Source of the DNA: an uncultured delta proteobacterium
GTDB taxonomy: Bacteria > Myxococcota_A > Polyangia > Polyangiales > Houyiibacteriaceae
DNA length: 64,000 nucleotides
Direction: 5' to 3'
NCBI GenBank assembly: GCA_963699755.1
Contig: CAVOVB010000001.1
Coordinates: forward strand, 1,887,989 to 1,951,988
Below the pieces are notes generated by a model that saw only the letters and a list, made by a program, of their open reading frames with translations, was not told the DNA's origin and ran no database searches. Positions 20,886 through 31,489 of the stretch are shown here, in pieces (positions within the stretch are counted from its first letter, which is position 1; every line of letters starts with the position of its first letter). Both the position numbers and the translations under genes were made by a program.

Positions 20886-22976
20886 ATGAGATACGATGGC
20901 CTGGTGGCTTTGGAACGTTGGTGGGGCGCTGCGTCGATCCTTCTCGCTCTTCTCACGGTTTTGGTTTTCATCCCGGGGCTCAGCGATGAGTTCACCTGGG
21001 ATGACAACGGCCTGATCCGTACGAACGAGAACATTCAGAGTCCCGAGCGCTATCGCGAAGCTCTGACCAGTCACTTCTGGAACGTTTCGAGCGACGCCAC
21101 GCAAGCCAACGAGACCTACAATCACCTCTACAGGCCGATCGTCACGTTCGCGTACATCGCTCAGTTCCGCCTGTTCGGTCTGCACGCCGCCGGGTATCGT
21201 GCGGTCAGTCTGACGCTTCACTTACTTTGCTGCGTCCTCGCGTTTTTCTGGCTGCGGCGACGCATCCCGCCCGGCGAAGAGGCCCATCGCTTGCTTGCCG
21301 TTGGCCTCGGCGCCGCCGTTTTCGCGCTTCATCCAAGCCGCGCCGAGGCGGTTTCGTGGATATCGGGAAGCACCGAGCTCTGGATGTGCGCGCTGGTCCT
21401 CTTGGCCGCCCTCGCGTTTGACTCGCGCCGCAGTTGGCTCGCCGGGATTCTGCTCGCCCTGGCGCTGTTCGCAAAGGAATCGGCGATCGTCGGGGCACCC
21501 TTGCTCTTGGCCGATCGATTCTTGCTGCAGGGACGTCGCGAGCGCTCGGCATCGATCGCACTCATCGCGCCTGTGGTCGTCGCGCTGCTCGCCCGCGTTT
21601 GGATCATCGACGTCGCGCTTCCAAGCGGGCCGACCCGCGGCGCGCTACCGAGGGCTCTGGCGTCGTTTGGTTTGTACGCGCAGCAGATCTTCTCGCCTTG
21701 GAATCCGACTGCCTTCCCTGGAATGCGTCTCTACGAATGCGAGGGCGGCGAGGTCCTGCCGGCCGTGTGGTGGATCGGGGGGACCGTAGTCCTCGCTGTG
21801 GTGATCCTGCTTGGCGTCGTCGCGTACCGCAGGCATGCATGGCGCCCGGTGTTCGCCGACGCACTATGGGTGGTCGTTCCGCTGCTGCCGGTGGCGAACC
21901 TGATCGACCTCGGCAGCCGAAATCTCACGGCGGACCGTTTTCTCTACCTTCCGATGCTCGGGGTCGCGTCGCTTTTCGCTCGCGGGCTCCTGATGATGTT
22001 CCGGAAGCGCGCAACGCTCGGGAAGACGGTCGCTATCGTTGCTTCTGTGGTGGTCTTGGGTTTTGCAGTCGTGACGTCACTTCATTCGCGAGTCTTCGCC
22101 TCGTCGTCTTCGCTTTGGGAATACGAGGTGACGCGGAACCCGGACAACCCGTTCGCCCTGCATGCCGTTGGCACTGCGCGAACCCGCGCCGGCCTCCAAA
22201 AAAGCGGATTCGAGTACCTCGAGCAAGCGCAAGCGCTGGCGGCCCGCAGCTGTGTACGCGACGATCAGCTGCGGGCTACCAAAGATCTCGCCTGGGCCCT
22301 TGCGTTTCGGACGAGCCCGGATGAACAAGGCACCTTGCTCGCACTGCAGAGCGCGTATGCTCAGATGGCCCGCGATGGTGCGTTCGCGTATCGCGGAAGC
22401 CCGCCCTGGCTGATGCAGCTCACACCGCAGGAATCCGGCGACTTTCTAAATGACGACTTTCAATATGCCCTTCCGTGCGCCACTGTAGAAGCGCGCCTCG
22501 GCAACATCGACGCCGCCATGCAGATCCTGCAGGACCAGGCCATTGGCTCCGTTTCGCTGCACCCCCTGTCCGAGAACCTTCGGCTCCGATTGGTCGCGGC
22601 GCAGGGGCGTATCGCGCAGTCGCTGCGCGAGTTGGCTCAGGACCCATCCGTCGCGGACGCCGGCAAGCTAGGCGCCGTGCTCGAAACGCTGCGCGAAACG
22701 CTTTCGCGGACGAGTCTCCCAAGTGACGCCAAAACGCGGCTGGCCCGATATGCCCTCGGGTTTGGTGAAACGCCCAACGACCTTGCCGCACTGCCTCCCG
22801 AGCTCCGAACGGTCTTGGATGCCCTTCGCGCATACGAATCCAACGCCCCCGTCGACCTCGCAACGCTCGAGCAGCAGAGCGCCAACTCCGGAGAACTTCC
22901 ACGCTTCATCGAGCTTGCAAAAGCCAAGGAAGGCGTCCGGAGCTTCGACGACCAGCTTCGCAGCTTCGACCAATAG
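20886..22976 (+). CDS. TMTC-like GT-C membrane glycosyltransferase with C-terminal TPR-like region
   Basis: FTWDD, YRP, FALHPSRAEAVSWISG, KES and ADRFLYLP motifs. Confidence 0.8.
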   Translation: MRYDGLVALERWWGAASILLALLTVLVFIPGLSDEFTWDDNGLIRTNENIQSPERYREALTSHFWNVSSDATQANETYNHLYRPIVTFAYIAQFRLFGLHAAGYRAVSLTLHLLCCVLAFFWLRRRIPPGEEAHRLLAVGLGAAVFALHPSRAEAVSWISGSTELWMCALVLLAALAFDSRRSWLAGILLALALFAKESAIVGAPLLLADRFLLQGRRERSASIALIAPVVVALLARVWIIDVALPSGPTRGALPRALASFGLYAQQIFSPWNPTAFPGMRLYECEGGEVLPAVWWIGGTVVLAVVILLGVVAYRRHAWRPVFADALWVVVPLLPVANLIDLGSRNLTADRFLYLPMLGVASLFARGLLMMFRKRATLGKTVAIVASVVVLGFAVVTSLHSRVFASSSSLWEYEVTRNPDNPFALHAVGTARTRAGLQKSGFEYLEQAQALAARSCVRDDQLRATKDLAWALAFRTSPDEQGTLLALQSAYAQMARDGAFAYRGSPPWLMQLTPQESGDFLNDDFQYALPCATVEARLGNIDAAMQILQDQAIGSVSLHPLSENLRLRLVAAQGRIAQSLRELAQDPSVADAGKLGAVLETLRETLSRTSLPSDAKTRLARYALGFGETPNDLAALPPELRTVLDALRAYESNAPVDLATLEQQSANSGELPRFIELAKAKEGVRSFDDQLRSFDQ

Positions 22977-22989
22977 CGCCGGCAAAACC

Positions 22990-23033
22990 CGAGGGCCGCG
23001 AGATCCGCGTCAGGGAAGGCCCTCGATGTTTTT
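22990..23033. terminator. Possible terminator between convergent genes
   Basis: Inverted repeat CGAGGGCC/GGCCCTCG followed by TGTTTTT. Confidence 0.4.
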
Positions 23034-23043
23034 CTGTCGCCCG

Positions 23044-23931
23044 TCAGGAAGCCGCTGCGAGCCGACTTAGGCCCCCTTCGACGGGGGCATCGAAGTGCAC
23101 ATCGAGCTGTGGGAACGCGATGACGACGCCTTCTCGCTTCAGCGCCAACCAGATCTCCTCGTTGAGCTGGGACAGCCGACGGCGGGCGAGCCAGGGATCG
23201 TCCATCCAGATCGCGACCTCGAAGTCCACCGAGCTGTTGCCGAAGCGCAGCATGAGTACCTGTGGTTCGTATCGGGGGACGCCTGTGCTGTTGCGCTTCG
23301 CAACTCCTTCGAGGGTCTCGCGAACGAGCCGCATATCGGAGCCATAGGTCACCCCAACCTCAGTACGGACTCGATAGGCAGCATCGTCGAGTGTGAAGTT
23401 CCTGACCAGGGATTGCACGAGCATCGAGTTCGGCACGATCACGTCTTCTCCGTCCCGGGATCTGGCGATGGTCGCGCGGATTCCCAGGCGCAGTACCCGG
23501 ACGATCCGACCGTCGACCTCGAGCACATCCCCCGGCGTAATCGCCCGTTCCACTAGAAGAATGATGCCCGAAACGAAGTTCTGCGCGATGTTCTGCATCG
23601 CAAAGCCGATACCGACCGCGAAGATGGCGCCTGCGGCAAACAAGGTGCTCAGGTCGAAGCCAACCAGGCGAAGGGCAATGCCGAACCCGACGAACAGGGC
23701 CACGTAGTGCAGGAGCTTGTTGGTGACGTCGATGACACCCTCGTCGACGACACCTCGCCGGGTCATTCCGCGCCGGACCCCGCGCTGAGCCAGAGAGGAG
23801 ATCCCGAAAGTCAGTCCGATGACCAAGCCCGCGACTAGCAGCGTGCCCAATTTGACATGCCTGCCCCCGATCTCAAAAAGCTCGGTACTCAGTAGCGAGC
23901 TCAGATTTTCGATGATCTGCTTCAAACTCAT
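23044..23931 (-). CDS. mscS: Small-conductance mechanosensitive channel
   Basis: GIGFAMQNIAQNFVSG, IVPNS and IAFPQLDVH motifs. Confidence 0.92.
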   Translation of the reverse strand: MSLKQIIENLSSLLSTELFEIGGRHVKLGTLLVAGLVIGLTFGISSLAQRGVRRGMTRRGVVDEGVIDVTNKLLHYVALFVGFGIALRLVGFDLSTLFAAGAIFAVGIGFAMQNIAQNFVSGIILLVERAITPGDVLEVDGRIVRVLRLGIRATIARSRDGEDVIVPNSMLVQSLVRNFTLDDAAYRVRTEVGVTYGSDMRLVRETLEGVAKRNSTGVPRYEPQVLMLRFGNSSVDFEVAIWMDDPWLARRRLSQLNEEIWLALKREGVVIAFPQLDVHFDAPVEGGLSRLAAAS

Positions 23932-24100
23932 GTGCCCTCCAATTCAAACGAGCGCTTGGAGCGCCCCCGGTTTCTCGTCCGTCACCAAAAACCAATCAGA
24001 CCCTGAACGTCACTGCGCTCAGCAACCTGCTGGGCGAGTCCAAGATGCCTCGCATTCTCCAGCAGGTCACGCTAATCTCTCTTCAGCCGAGGAGGCATCA

Positions 24101-24535
24101 ATGGTTGCAGACGAGACTCTGGCGTACGCCATCGCGAGTTGGGTTCGTTTCAACGAGGAGGTCCCGGATGTTCTGCTGAGTGCCCTTTCCGGAGCGTTTG
24201 CATTGGTGGCTGCTTCGGACGGCGAGCTCGCGAGGTCCGAGGTCGACGGGTTCGTCGAGATGCTCCGGGGTAAGACAGATGTATTTTCCGGTCTGGACTT
24301 CGAGGCGCTCGAAAGCACCTTTCGGGACCTGAGCGACTCCTTGATCGCAAACCCTGACGACGGCCGCCAACGCGCCCTCGATTGCATCGCTCGCGTGGCC
24401 GGCGACGAGGTCAAAAGCGAGCTGGTCCGAGGCGCGGCAGCCATCGCTGTCGCTGCGGACGGTCGGGTACGGGCCGCCGAGGAAACCACCTTGCGAGAGA
24501 TCTCCACGGCCCTGGGTCTAACGGACGCCGACTGA
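24101..24535 (+). CDS. TerB-family (tellurite resistance-like) protein
   Basis: LVAASDGELARSE and VAADGRVRAAE paired motifs; GGAGG RBS. Confidence 0.75.
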   Translation: MVADETLAYAIASWVRFNEEVPDVLLSALSGAFALVAASDGELARSEVDGFVEMLRGKTDVFSGLDFEALESTFRDLSDSLIANPDDGRQRALDCIARVAGDEVKSELVRGAAAIAVAADGRVRAAEETTLREISTALGLTDAD

Positions 24536-24561
24536 CGTTTGCCGCCATTGCCCATCACGCG

Positions 24562-25782
24562 CTACCCCCCGCCAGCCGCGGGGGGATCTTGTTCCGGCTC
24601 AGCCCCATGGTTGGCTTCATGACCGTCGTCACCAAGCCAGCCCTTGGAACGAAAAAACAACACGAGCCCGATCGCGGTGAGCCCCATCGCGCCGAGGGCG
24701 AAGAGATAGCCGTAGCGCCATCGGAGCTCCGGCATGTTCCAGCGTGAAAGGTCACCGTCGAAGTTCATTCCATAGAGCCCCGCGATGAAGCCAAGCGGCA
24801 TGAAGATCGTCGCGATGATGGTCAAGACCTTCATGACCTCGTTCATTCGCATGCTCACGTTGGACAGATGCATGTCCATGAGGCTCGAGGCGAGCTCTCG
24901 GTTCGTGTCGAGAGCCTCCATCAGCTGGACGGTGTGATCGTGACAGTCTCGGAGGAAGATGTGCGTATCGCCTTGGGGATCGCTGGCGTCTGCCCGGGCC
25001 ATGGAGGCCAGGACCTCTCGGGTTGGGGCGACCGCGCGACGCAGGGCACGCAAATCATGACGAACGGCGTGAATCTCGGCGACGACATTCTCGGTCTGGT
25101 TTGCCAGCACTCGGCTTTCAATTTCTTCCAGCCGGTCGGAATAGCTCTCTACGACCGGGTAGAAGGTCTCGACGATCGCATCGAGCACAGCATAGGCGAG
25201 GTAGGCTCCCCCGCGTTGGCGGATTCTCCCCTTCCCATTCCTGATTCGGTCGCGGAGGGCGTCGAAGCAATCACCCGGCCGCTCTTGAATGGTGATCACG
25301 AAGCGATCGCTAACGAACATGCTCACTTGCTCGAGATCGAGGTGTGGGCCCAGCGACGGCATGCGAAGCACGATGAAATCGATGTCGCCGTAGTCCTCGA
25401 ACTTGGGCCTTTGATGGAGGTTCACCACGTCTTCCAACGCGAGCGCATGAAGGCCAAACATCTCGCCGAGCTGAGACAAGGTGTCAGGGTCGCCGAGGCC
25501 ATCGATGTTGATCCAACTGACGCTTGTGCGCCTGTCGTGAAGCGATTTCAGATCGGAAACGTGCTCAATCGGGCGCTCCTCGACCCGATCTGCGTCGTAG
25601 GAGATGGCGCGAATGACGGCAGGCGGCGCGCCCGGGACGGCGGTGATGCTCCCCGGCGCCAAGCCGAGCGTCTGGGGTCGCCGCCTGCGCAAAGCGGTGC
25701 GCTTTCGCTTTCGATGTACCTTCTTGGCGATGGGGGTCTCCTTGCGTTCCGCGGGGTCATCTGACGTCGCCATCTTTGCCAT
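24562..25782 (-). CDS. corA: Magnesium/cobalt transporter CorA
   Basis: LEDVVNLHQRPK, MNEVMKVLT, YGMNF and MPEL motifs. Confidence 0.95.
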   Translation of the reverse strand: MAKMATSDDPAERKETPIAKKVHRKRKRTALRRRRPQTLGLAPGSITAVPGAPPAVIRAISYDADRVEERPIEHVSDLKSLHDRRTSVSWINIDGLGDPDTLSQLGEMFGLHALALEDVVNLHQRPKFEDYGDIDFIVLRMPSLGPHLDLEQVSMFVSDRFVITIQERPGDCFDALRDRIRNGKGRIRQRGGAYLAYAVLDAIVETFYPVVESYSDRLEEIESRVLANQTENVVAEIHAVRHDLRALRRAVAPTREVLASMARADASDPQGDTHIFLRDCHDHTVQLMEALDTNRELASSLMDMHLSNVSMRMNEVMKVLTIIATIFMPLGFIAGLYGMNFDGDLSRWNMPELRWRYGYLFALGAMGLTAIGLVLFFRSKGWLGDDGHEANHGAEPEQDPPAAGGG

Positions 25783-25874
25783 GTCAAGCTCGTCTCATTG
25801 CTTTCGCCCCTCGCTCTGGAAGGAATCATCTGCTACTCCCCGCTCGGGGTCTGTCTATACTTGCGCCGAATCGG

Positions 25875-28800
25875 ATGCCGATGACCAATTCCAGCGATCG
25901 TCTGTGGCTCATGCTGACGCTGGTCGGTTGCTGCTGGGCCTCCTCTGCCGACGCCCAAGCACCTGCTGCAAAGGGGGTGGGCGGGGATGCTGGGGTCCCG
26001 ACTGTTTCGCTCGAAGTCCAGGACGCCAAGGCTCCAAGTATCCGGGAGCTACGGGACCAGACGAAGCAGATCCGACAACTCATGGTTGGGCGCTTGGATA
26101 TCGCGGTCGACCCGCAGACGCTCTTCATGGTCGACCTCGGCGCTCCGAAGGCCAATCCAGATCTCGAGCTGCTTCTACGAGAGCTCGAGCAAGACGCCAA
26201 GCAAGGTGGGCGTCCATCCGGCCGCAAGCGCCTTCGCCAAACGCCGGGCTCAGAGGACGCGTTGGAAAAGGCGCATCGTGAGCTGGTACAAGCACAGGCG
26301 TCGTTTCTCGCTCTGCCGCCTTTGAAGCGTGACGCGATTCTTTCCAGGCACGAAGCCCGACGCCGGGAGGCTTTTGCCCGGGCCATCTCGGCCCAGGCAA
26401 AGGCCGAGATGCTCGCGCAGCTCGAGGAGCAAATCGCGCAGTTGGACGCGTTTCTCGCTGGAGACTTGGACCCTTCGATCGATCCACGACCACTTCTGGA
26501 AATCGACCCGGCCGAGCTAGCCGACCTGGCGGCAGACTCCGAACGGCGCCGCCGGTTTCTAGACCAGAGCTCGAGGGGGCCCATACCCGCCGCCGCCAAA
26601 GACGACCTGGACGGGCAATTGAACGCTGCGAAGCAGCGGCGCGATATGCTCTGGCTTCGATTTCTCGAGCTCGACGACGCCGAGCGTGGGCGCCTGCTGT
26701 CAAAGTATGCGCAAAGCAGCGTTGAACCGTCCGAAGCGCTGGCCGAGCAGATCAGTGGTGCCGAGCAAGCCGCCAAGGACGCTGCTTCGGAACGTGCGGT
26801 CGCGCTCGTCGACTCACAGGAGGCCAAGACCGAGTCGCGCCGACTGATCGCAGATCGGCGCGCTCAGCTCTTGAGCGTCAAGGAGGCTCAAGCCCGCTTC
26901 AAAGCGGAGCTTGCGAACAGCCGGGTCAAGGTCGAGGCCACGACCGAATCCGCGCTCGCATGGAACCGGCGAGTTCGAGAGTTGCAAAGCACGATGCCGG
27001 CCGGGGAGGCCAGGGCGAGCGAAGCCGACAACCTCTACCGGGGGCTCACCAAAGATCTCAGCGGCGCGCGCGACGATTTGAGTAGCGCGCTCGATGCCGT
27101 GAGATCCGAACCGAGTGGAGTCGCTCTGCCTCCCAATGCGGATTCCGATCAGCTTCCTGCCGACATCGACGACACTGCTACACGCCAGCTCCGAACCGAG
27201 CTGGGCAAGTCTGCTGTCGAGCTCCAAGCCGAGGAAGCCGAGCTCAGATGGGATCGCGCGAAAGCGCTTCGCGATGCGATCGTGATCATGAATCAAGCTC
27301 GCCTTCGCCTCTTTGAGATGCTCAGCGAGACTCGGCGGGACAGTCTCGAGGGCTTCGGGCCCGACGGCGTCGCCCAGGTCAAGCGCGAGCTCGACCAGAT
27401 CATCCTCGAGGTCCGCTTCCACTTGCTCGCTGTGCCGCGGGAGGCAGCCCGTCAGTATCGGCAGCTTCGATCCGCGCCCGGGCCGGTGGTCTTCAGCCTG
27501 TTCCAGCTGTTGTTCCTGGTGCTTGTCTTTCGCTGGTGGCGAAGGCGTGCCGACGACACGCTCGAGCAATCGCGGCGGGCTTGGCTTCAGAAGCGGCCCC
27601 AGACTCATTTCACCCGTGGGATTTCCACCTTCGTTTGGTACGTGCGTCGAATCCGAAAGTCACTGGAGTGGCTGGCGTTTTTCGCGGTCTTGTCGATCTT
27701 GATCGCGAAAGCGGGCCGACTGCCCGAGACGAAGTATGTCCAGATCGTCATTCTGTGGCTGTTGGCCGGCAGGTTCGTCGTCGAGCTGATCGACGCGACA
27801 GCCAGTCGTCAGGGTTTCTCGAGCGAGTCGTCCGCCAAGCTGCGCTTTCGCTCGCTGCGCCTGGTCGGCGTGAGCGTCGTTGCAGTGGGGTTGATACTTT
27901 CGCTAACCGTCGCCACCGTCGGCAAGGGCGCCATCTATGCTTGGGTCATCAGTTCGTTTGGCTTTCTCGCCATTCCAGTCTTCCTGGTGCTGATCGTCTG
28001 GTGGAAGGACACCATCTTCGAGCGCGCGAAAGGCCGTGAGACGTCTCGCCTGTTGCAGTGGGTCGCGCGGCACGACCATGGGCTGCTCACCTTTCCAGCT
28101 GCAGCGATTGGTGGCGTGTATCTTCTCATCGAAGGAGTCGCCGGGTTTGTCGTTCGCCGAGTGAGCGACCTCGCGCCACTCCGTCGGGTCTTCGCCTACT
28201 TGTTTCGACGTGGCGTCGAGAAAAACAAGACGGCTACGCCAGCGGAGTACGGCACCGAGCCGATTCCCGCTGAGGTCTACGAGGCCTTGGCACCCCGTCC
28301 TCAGACTCCACCCGAGCTTCTCACTTCGTACATGTCCGAGAGCGTTCATGCGATGCGCGCGCTCGTTCGGTCGGACCGCCACGCCATCGTCGCGGTGGTC
28401 GGGGAACGCGGGCTCGGGAAAACCACGTTCCTCAACCGCGTCACGAACGACCTCGAACCAGGTGGCCTCTGTGCGGTGCAATGCCAACCCGGTGGCTTCG
28501 CCGCGCTCTTGGTCGAGTTTGCGCGTGCCCTCGGCCTGTCGGAGACGGCGACCGAGGAAGACGTCATCGCGTCCTTAGGTGAGCGGGCTCCCAGTGTGAT
28601 TCGCGTCGATGACGCGCAGAGGCTCGTTCGGCCGCTCATCGGTGGCTTGGAAGCGATCGACCAGCTCATCCAGCTCACGCGCCGCGTGAGCCCGCAGACC
28701 TCATGGCTGATCGCCATTGGAATGCCGGCCTGGCAGTACCTTCGGCGAGCGCGCGGAGACCGTGCGGCGTTCGACCAAGTCATCGAGCTCCAACGTTGGG

Positions 28801-29309
28801 AAGAGAATCAAGTCGCGTCGCTCATCGAGCAGCGCAGCGCGGCCGCAGGGGTCGTGGCAAGCTTCGAGCGCTTGGTGGTGCCACGCCAGGTCAGAACCTC
28901 CCCCGTTTCTGACGAAGAGCGCACCAAGCGGGACTTCTACCGCATTCTCTGGGACTACTCAGACGGCAATCCAGAGGTGGCTCTGCACTTTTGGAGAGAG
29001 TCGCTCTATCGGCGCCCCGACGATGAGACGGTGTACGTTCGGCTCTTCTCGGGGCCGTCGGCGAGTCAACTGGACGATTTGCCCGTGACCTTCTACTTCG
29101 TGTTGCGCACAGTCGTTCAGTTGGAGCTGGCCGTCGAAGAAGATGTGGTGACCTGTACAGACCTGAGCTCGGCGGAAGTTGCAGACGCCCTCCGTGCCGC
29201 CCGCGTCCACGGCTACATCAAGGGGAATGGACATCTTTTCGAGATCGACCTTCAATGGTATCGCGCGATCATCAGTATCCTTCGCAGAAAGCATCTGTTG
29301 CTGCTCTGA
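25875..29309 (+). CDS. Large membrane protein: signal peptide, coiled-coil periplasmic region, TM bundle and C-terminal P-loop ATPase
   Basis: Walker A GERGLGKT, Walker B-like VIRVDD, SDGNP; lies 10 bp upstream of an mscS gene. Confidence 0.8.
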   Translation: MPMTNSSDRLWLMLTLVGCCWASSADAQAPAAKGVGGDAGVPTVSLEVQDAKAPSIRELRDQTKQIRQLMVGRLDIAVDPQTLFMVDLGAPKANPDLELLLRELEQDAKQGGRPSGRKRLRQTPGSEDALEKAHRELVQAQASFLALPPLKRDAILSRHEARRREAFARAISAQAKAEMLAQLEEQIAQLDAFLAGDLDPSIDPRPLLEIDPAELADLAADSERRRRFLDQSSRGPIPAAAKDDLDGQLNAAKQRRDMLWLRFLELDDAERGRLLSKYAQSSVEPSEALAEQISGAEQAAKDAASERAVALVDSQEAKTESRRLIADRRAQLLSVKEAQARFKAELANSRVKVEATTESALAWNRRVRELQSTMPAGEARASEADNLYRGLTKDLSGARDDLSSALDAVRSEPSGVALPPNADSDQLPADIDDTATRQLRTELGKSAVELQAEEAELRWDRAKALRDAIVIMNQARLRLFEMLSETRRDSLEGFGPDGVAQVKRELDQIILEVRFHLLAVPREAARQYRQLRSAPGPVVFSLFQLLFLVLVFRWWRRRADDTLEQSRRAWLQKRPQTHFTRGISTFVWYVRRIRKSLEWLAFFAVLSILIAKAGRLPETKYVQIVILWLLAGRFVVELIDATASRQGFSSESSAKLRFRSLRLVGVSVVAVGLILSLTVATVGKGAIYAWVISSFGFLAIPVFLVLIVWWKDTIFERAKGRETSRLLQWVARHDHGLLTFPAAAIGGVYLLIEGVAGFVVRRVSDLAPLRRVFAYLFRRGVEKNKTATPAEYGTEPIPAEVYEALAPRPQTPPELLTSYMSESVHAMRALVRSDRHAIVAVVGERGLGKTTFLNRVTNDLEPGGLCAVQCQPGGFAALLVEFARALGLSETATEEDVIASLGERAPSVIRVDDAQRLVRPLIGGLEAIDQLIQLTRRVSPQTSWLIAIGMPAWQYLRRARGDRAAFDQVIELQRWEENQVASLIEQRSAAAGVVASFERLVVPRQVRTSPVSDEERTKRDFYRILWDYSDGNPEVALHFWRESLYRRPDDETVYVRLFSGPSASQLDDLPVTFYFVLRTVVQLELAVEEDVVTCTDLSSAEVADALRAARVHGYIKGNGHLFEIDLQWYRAIISILRRKHLLLL

Positions 29310-29319
29310 GGTATTCGGC

Positions 29320-30246
29320 ATGAAAATACGCAAACCAATCATCGTCTCTGCCGCGATCCTCGCCCAGTGGTTCGCCCCGGCGTTGGCTCTCGCGCAGGAG
29401 CCGAGCGACGAGGAAGTGATTTCGCACATCAGCCAAGCCATTCGCTGGGGCGGAGTCGTCACATCTATCTTCATCATCATCGGAGTTTGGGTTGGACTTC
29501 GTTTTTTCAACAACTTCGTCGAAAATCTAGGAGACCAGTTCACAGCTCGCCGAATGCTCTTTCAGAAGGTCGGCACGATCGTCCAGTTCTTCGTCTACAT
29601 CGGAACCATCGGCACGGTCATCGCGCTGAGTGTTCACTTCGATGCCAAGGTCCTCACCTTGCTGGGTGGCACCGCGGCCGTCGCCGTGGGCTTCGCCGTT
29701 CGGGATCTCGTCGCTTCGTTCATCGCAGGCATCATGATCATGATCGACCAACCGTTCCAGGTCGGCGACCGGGTCGCGTTTGGTGGCGAGTACGGAGACA
29801 TCACCGCGATCGGCCTTCGATCGGTGCGGCTCCAGACATTGAATGACAACACCGTGACCATCCCCAACAACAAGTTCCTGACCGACATGACCTCATGTGG
29901 GAACTACGGCGCCCTCGACATGCAGGTCGTCATGGACTTCTTCATTGGGCTCGACCAAGACGTGACCAAGGCGCGCGAGATCGTGACCGAGGCCGGGCTC
30001 ACCAGCCGCTATGTCCATCTTCCCAAGCCCGTCGTCGTGCTCGTCAACCAGGTCATCCAAGACAACTACGTCGCGGTGCGGCTCCAGCTCAAGGCTTATG
30101 TGCTCGATACGCAATACGAAAAGGCGTTCGAGACCGACGTGAACCTCAGGGTCATGCGTGCGTTCGAGCAGCACCGCATCGCCCCGCCTGCGATCCTCCA
30201 CCGAACGATCTCCGCAGGCCCCGGCATGGCGCCGGTGCCGGCCTGA
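29320..30246 (+). CDS. mscS: MscS-family mechanosensitive channel
   Basis: VGFAVRDLVASFIAG, PFQVGDRV, IGLRS and TIPNN motifs. Confidence 0.9.
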   Translation: MKIRKPIIVSAAILAQWFAPALALAQEPSDEEVISHISQAIRWGGVVTSIFIIIGVWVGLRFFNNFVENLGDQFTARRMLFQKVGTIVQFFVYIGTIGTVIALSVHFDAKVLTLLGGTAAVAVGFAVRDLVASFIAGIMIMIDQPFQVGDRVAFGGEYGDITAIGLRSVRLQTLNDNTVTIPNNKFLTDMTSCGNYGALDMQVVMDFFIGLDQDVTKAREIVTEAGLTSRYVHLPKPVVVLVNQVIQDNYVAVRLQLKAYVLDTQYEKAFETDVNLRVMRAFEQHRIAPPAILHRTISAGPGMAPVPA

Positions 30247-30263
30247 AGGTCGATTCACCCCCC

Positions 30264-31325
30264 TCAAAAGGCGTGGGTTTCGCCGATGCGGAGCAACCAT
30301 GCGGCATCGTCTCCGAGAGCTCCCTCGGATGCCGCTTTCTTGAAGCGCGTGGGCGGTTCGTCCAGAGGCTCGTCGGAGAGCTTGAACGTGCCGTAGTGCA
30401 TCGCGACGGCGGCGCGGGCACGAAGATCGATGGCCGCTTGCACCGCTTCTTCGGGATTCATGTGTGAAGCCTTCATCATCTCACTGGGCTCGTAGGCGCC
30501 GATCGGCACAGCGGCCAGGTCGAACGGCCCAAGCGCCTCGGCAATCCGGGCAAATCCGTCGAAGTAGCCGGTGTCCCCCGCGAAGAAGAACTTTCGCTCC
30601 GCGCCGACCACGGCCCAAGACGACCAGAGTGCTTCGCGGTCGTCGCCGATGCCCCGCTTGCTCCAGTGCTGCGCGGGCAGGCAGTAGACGCGCACCCCTT
30701 CGTGCTCGACGTGCTGGCCCCAGTCGAGCTCTTCGACGTTTTCGATTCCGTTCTCGCGAAGGAGCTCACCGTTCTCGAGTGGAACGAAGAAGCGCGTGTT
30801 GGGATCCCGCTCCGACAGCAAGACCAAGCTTGCAAGGTCGAGGTGATCGTAGTGATTGTGCGAGACCATCACGAAGTCGATTGGCGGAAGATCATCGATC
30901 GCGACACCTGGCTCCACGAGTCGTTGCGGCCCCGCGAAGGAGACCGGACTTGCCCGGTCCGACCAGATCGGATCGGTGAGAAACGTCAGGTGACCCATTT
31001 GAACGAGTAGCGTCGCGTGACCAATCCAGGTCACCGTGGGCTCGCTGTGCTTGGCATTCTCGCGCAGCCAGGCGCCATCGTTGGCGACCCGATCGAGCGC
31101 ACTCGGAATCTCCGTGAAAGAGCTCGTGATGCGCCGGAGGAAGAAGGGCAGCGTCACCGCAGCGCTTACCTCGGGCATCGGACCGGCAAAGTTCGTGAAC
31201 CGACCGTCATCCTCGCGAGGGGCCGGGCCGAGGGCATCCTCGAAGGGGGAGGCAGCGGCGGGAGAGACCAGCGCCATCGCAAGGATTGCGAGTACGCGGC
31301 CAAGCTGGTTTCGGGACGACGCCAT
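30264..31325 (-). CDS. MBL-fold hydrolase, NAPE-PLD/RomA-like
   Basis: WIGHAT, SHNHYDHLD, FFAGDTGY, PIGAYEP and MHYGTF motifs. Confidence 0.9.
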   Translation of the reverse strand: MASSRNQLGRVLAILAMALVSPAAASPFEDALGPAPREDDGRFTNFAGPMPEVSAAVTLPFFLRRITSSFTEIPSALDRVANDGAWLRENAKHSEPTVTWIGHATLLVQMGHLTFLTDPIWSDRASPVSFAGPQRLVEPGVAIDDLPPIDFVMVSHNHYDHLDLASLVLLSERDPNTRFFVPLENGELLRENGIENVEELDWGQHVEHEGVRVYCLPAQHWSKRGIGDDREALWSSWAVVGAERKFFFAGDTGYFDGFARIAEALGPFDLAAVPIGAYEPSEMMKASHMNPEEAVQAAIDLRARAAVAMHYGTFKLSDEPLDEPPTRFKKAASEGALGDDAAWLLRIGETHAF

Positions 31326-31489
31326 GGCTGGGAGTGGATCTGGGGCTGGGATGGTCGAAACGTAAGGTCTTCAGAAGAAAAGTCAGCACTCGCGCTGTAA
31401 ACGCCGTGTCCGAAGTCACCCAACCCGCCCTCAACGAGCGCTCCCGTCTTCCGTTTTTGCATCCAAGCGAAACTCGACCTATGAGCTGA

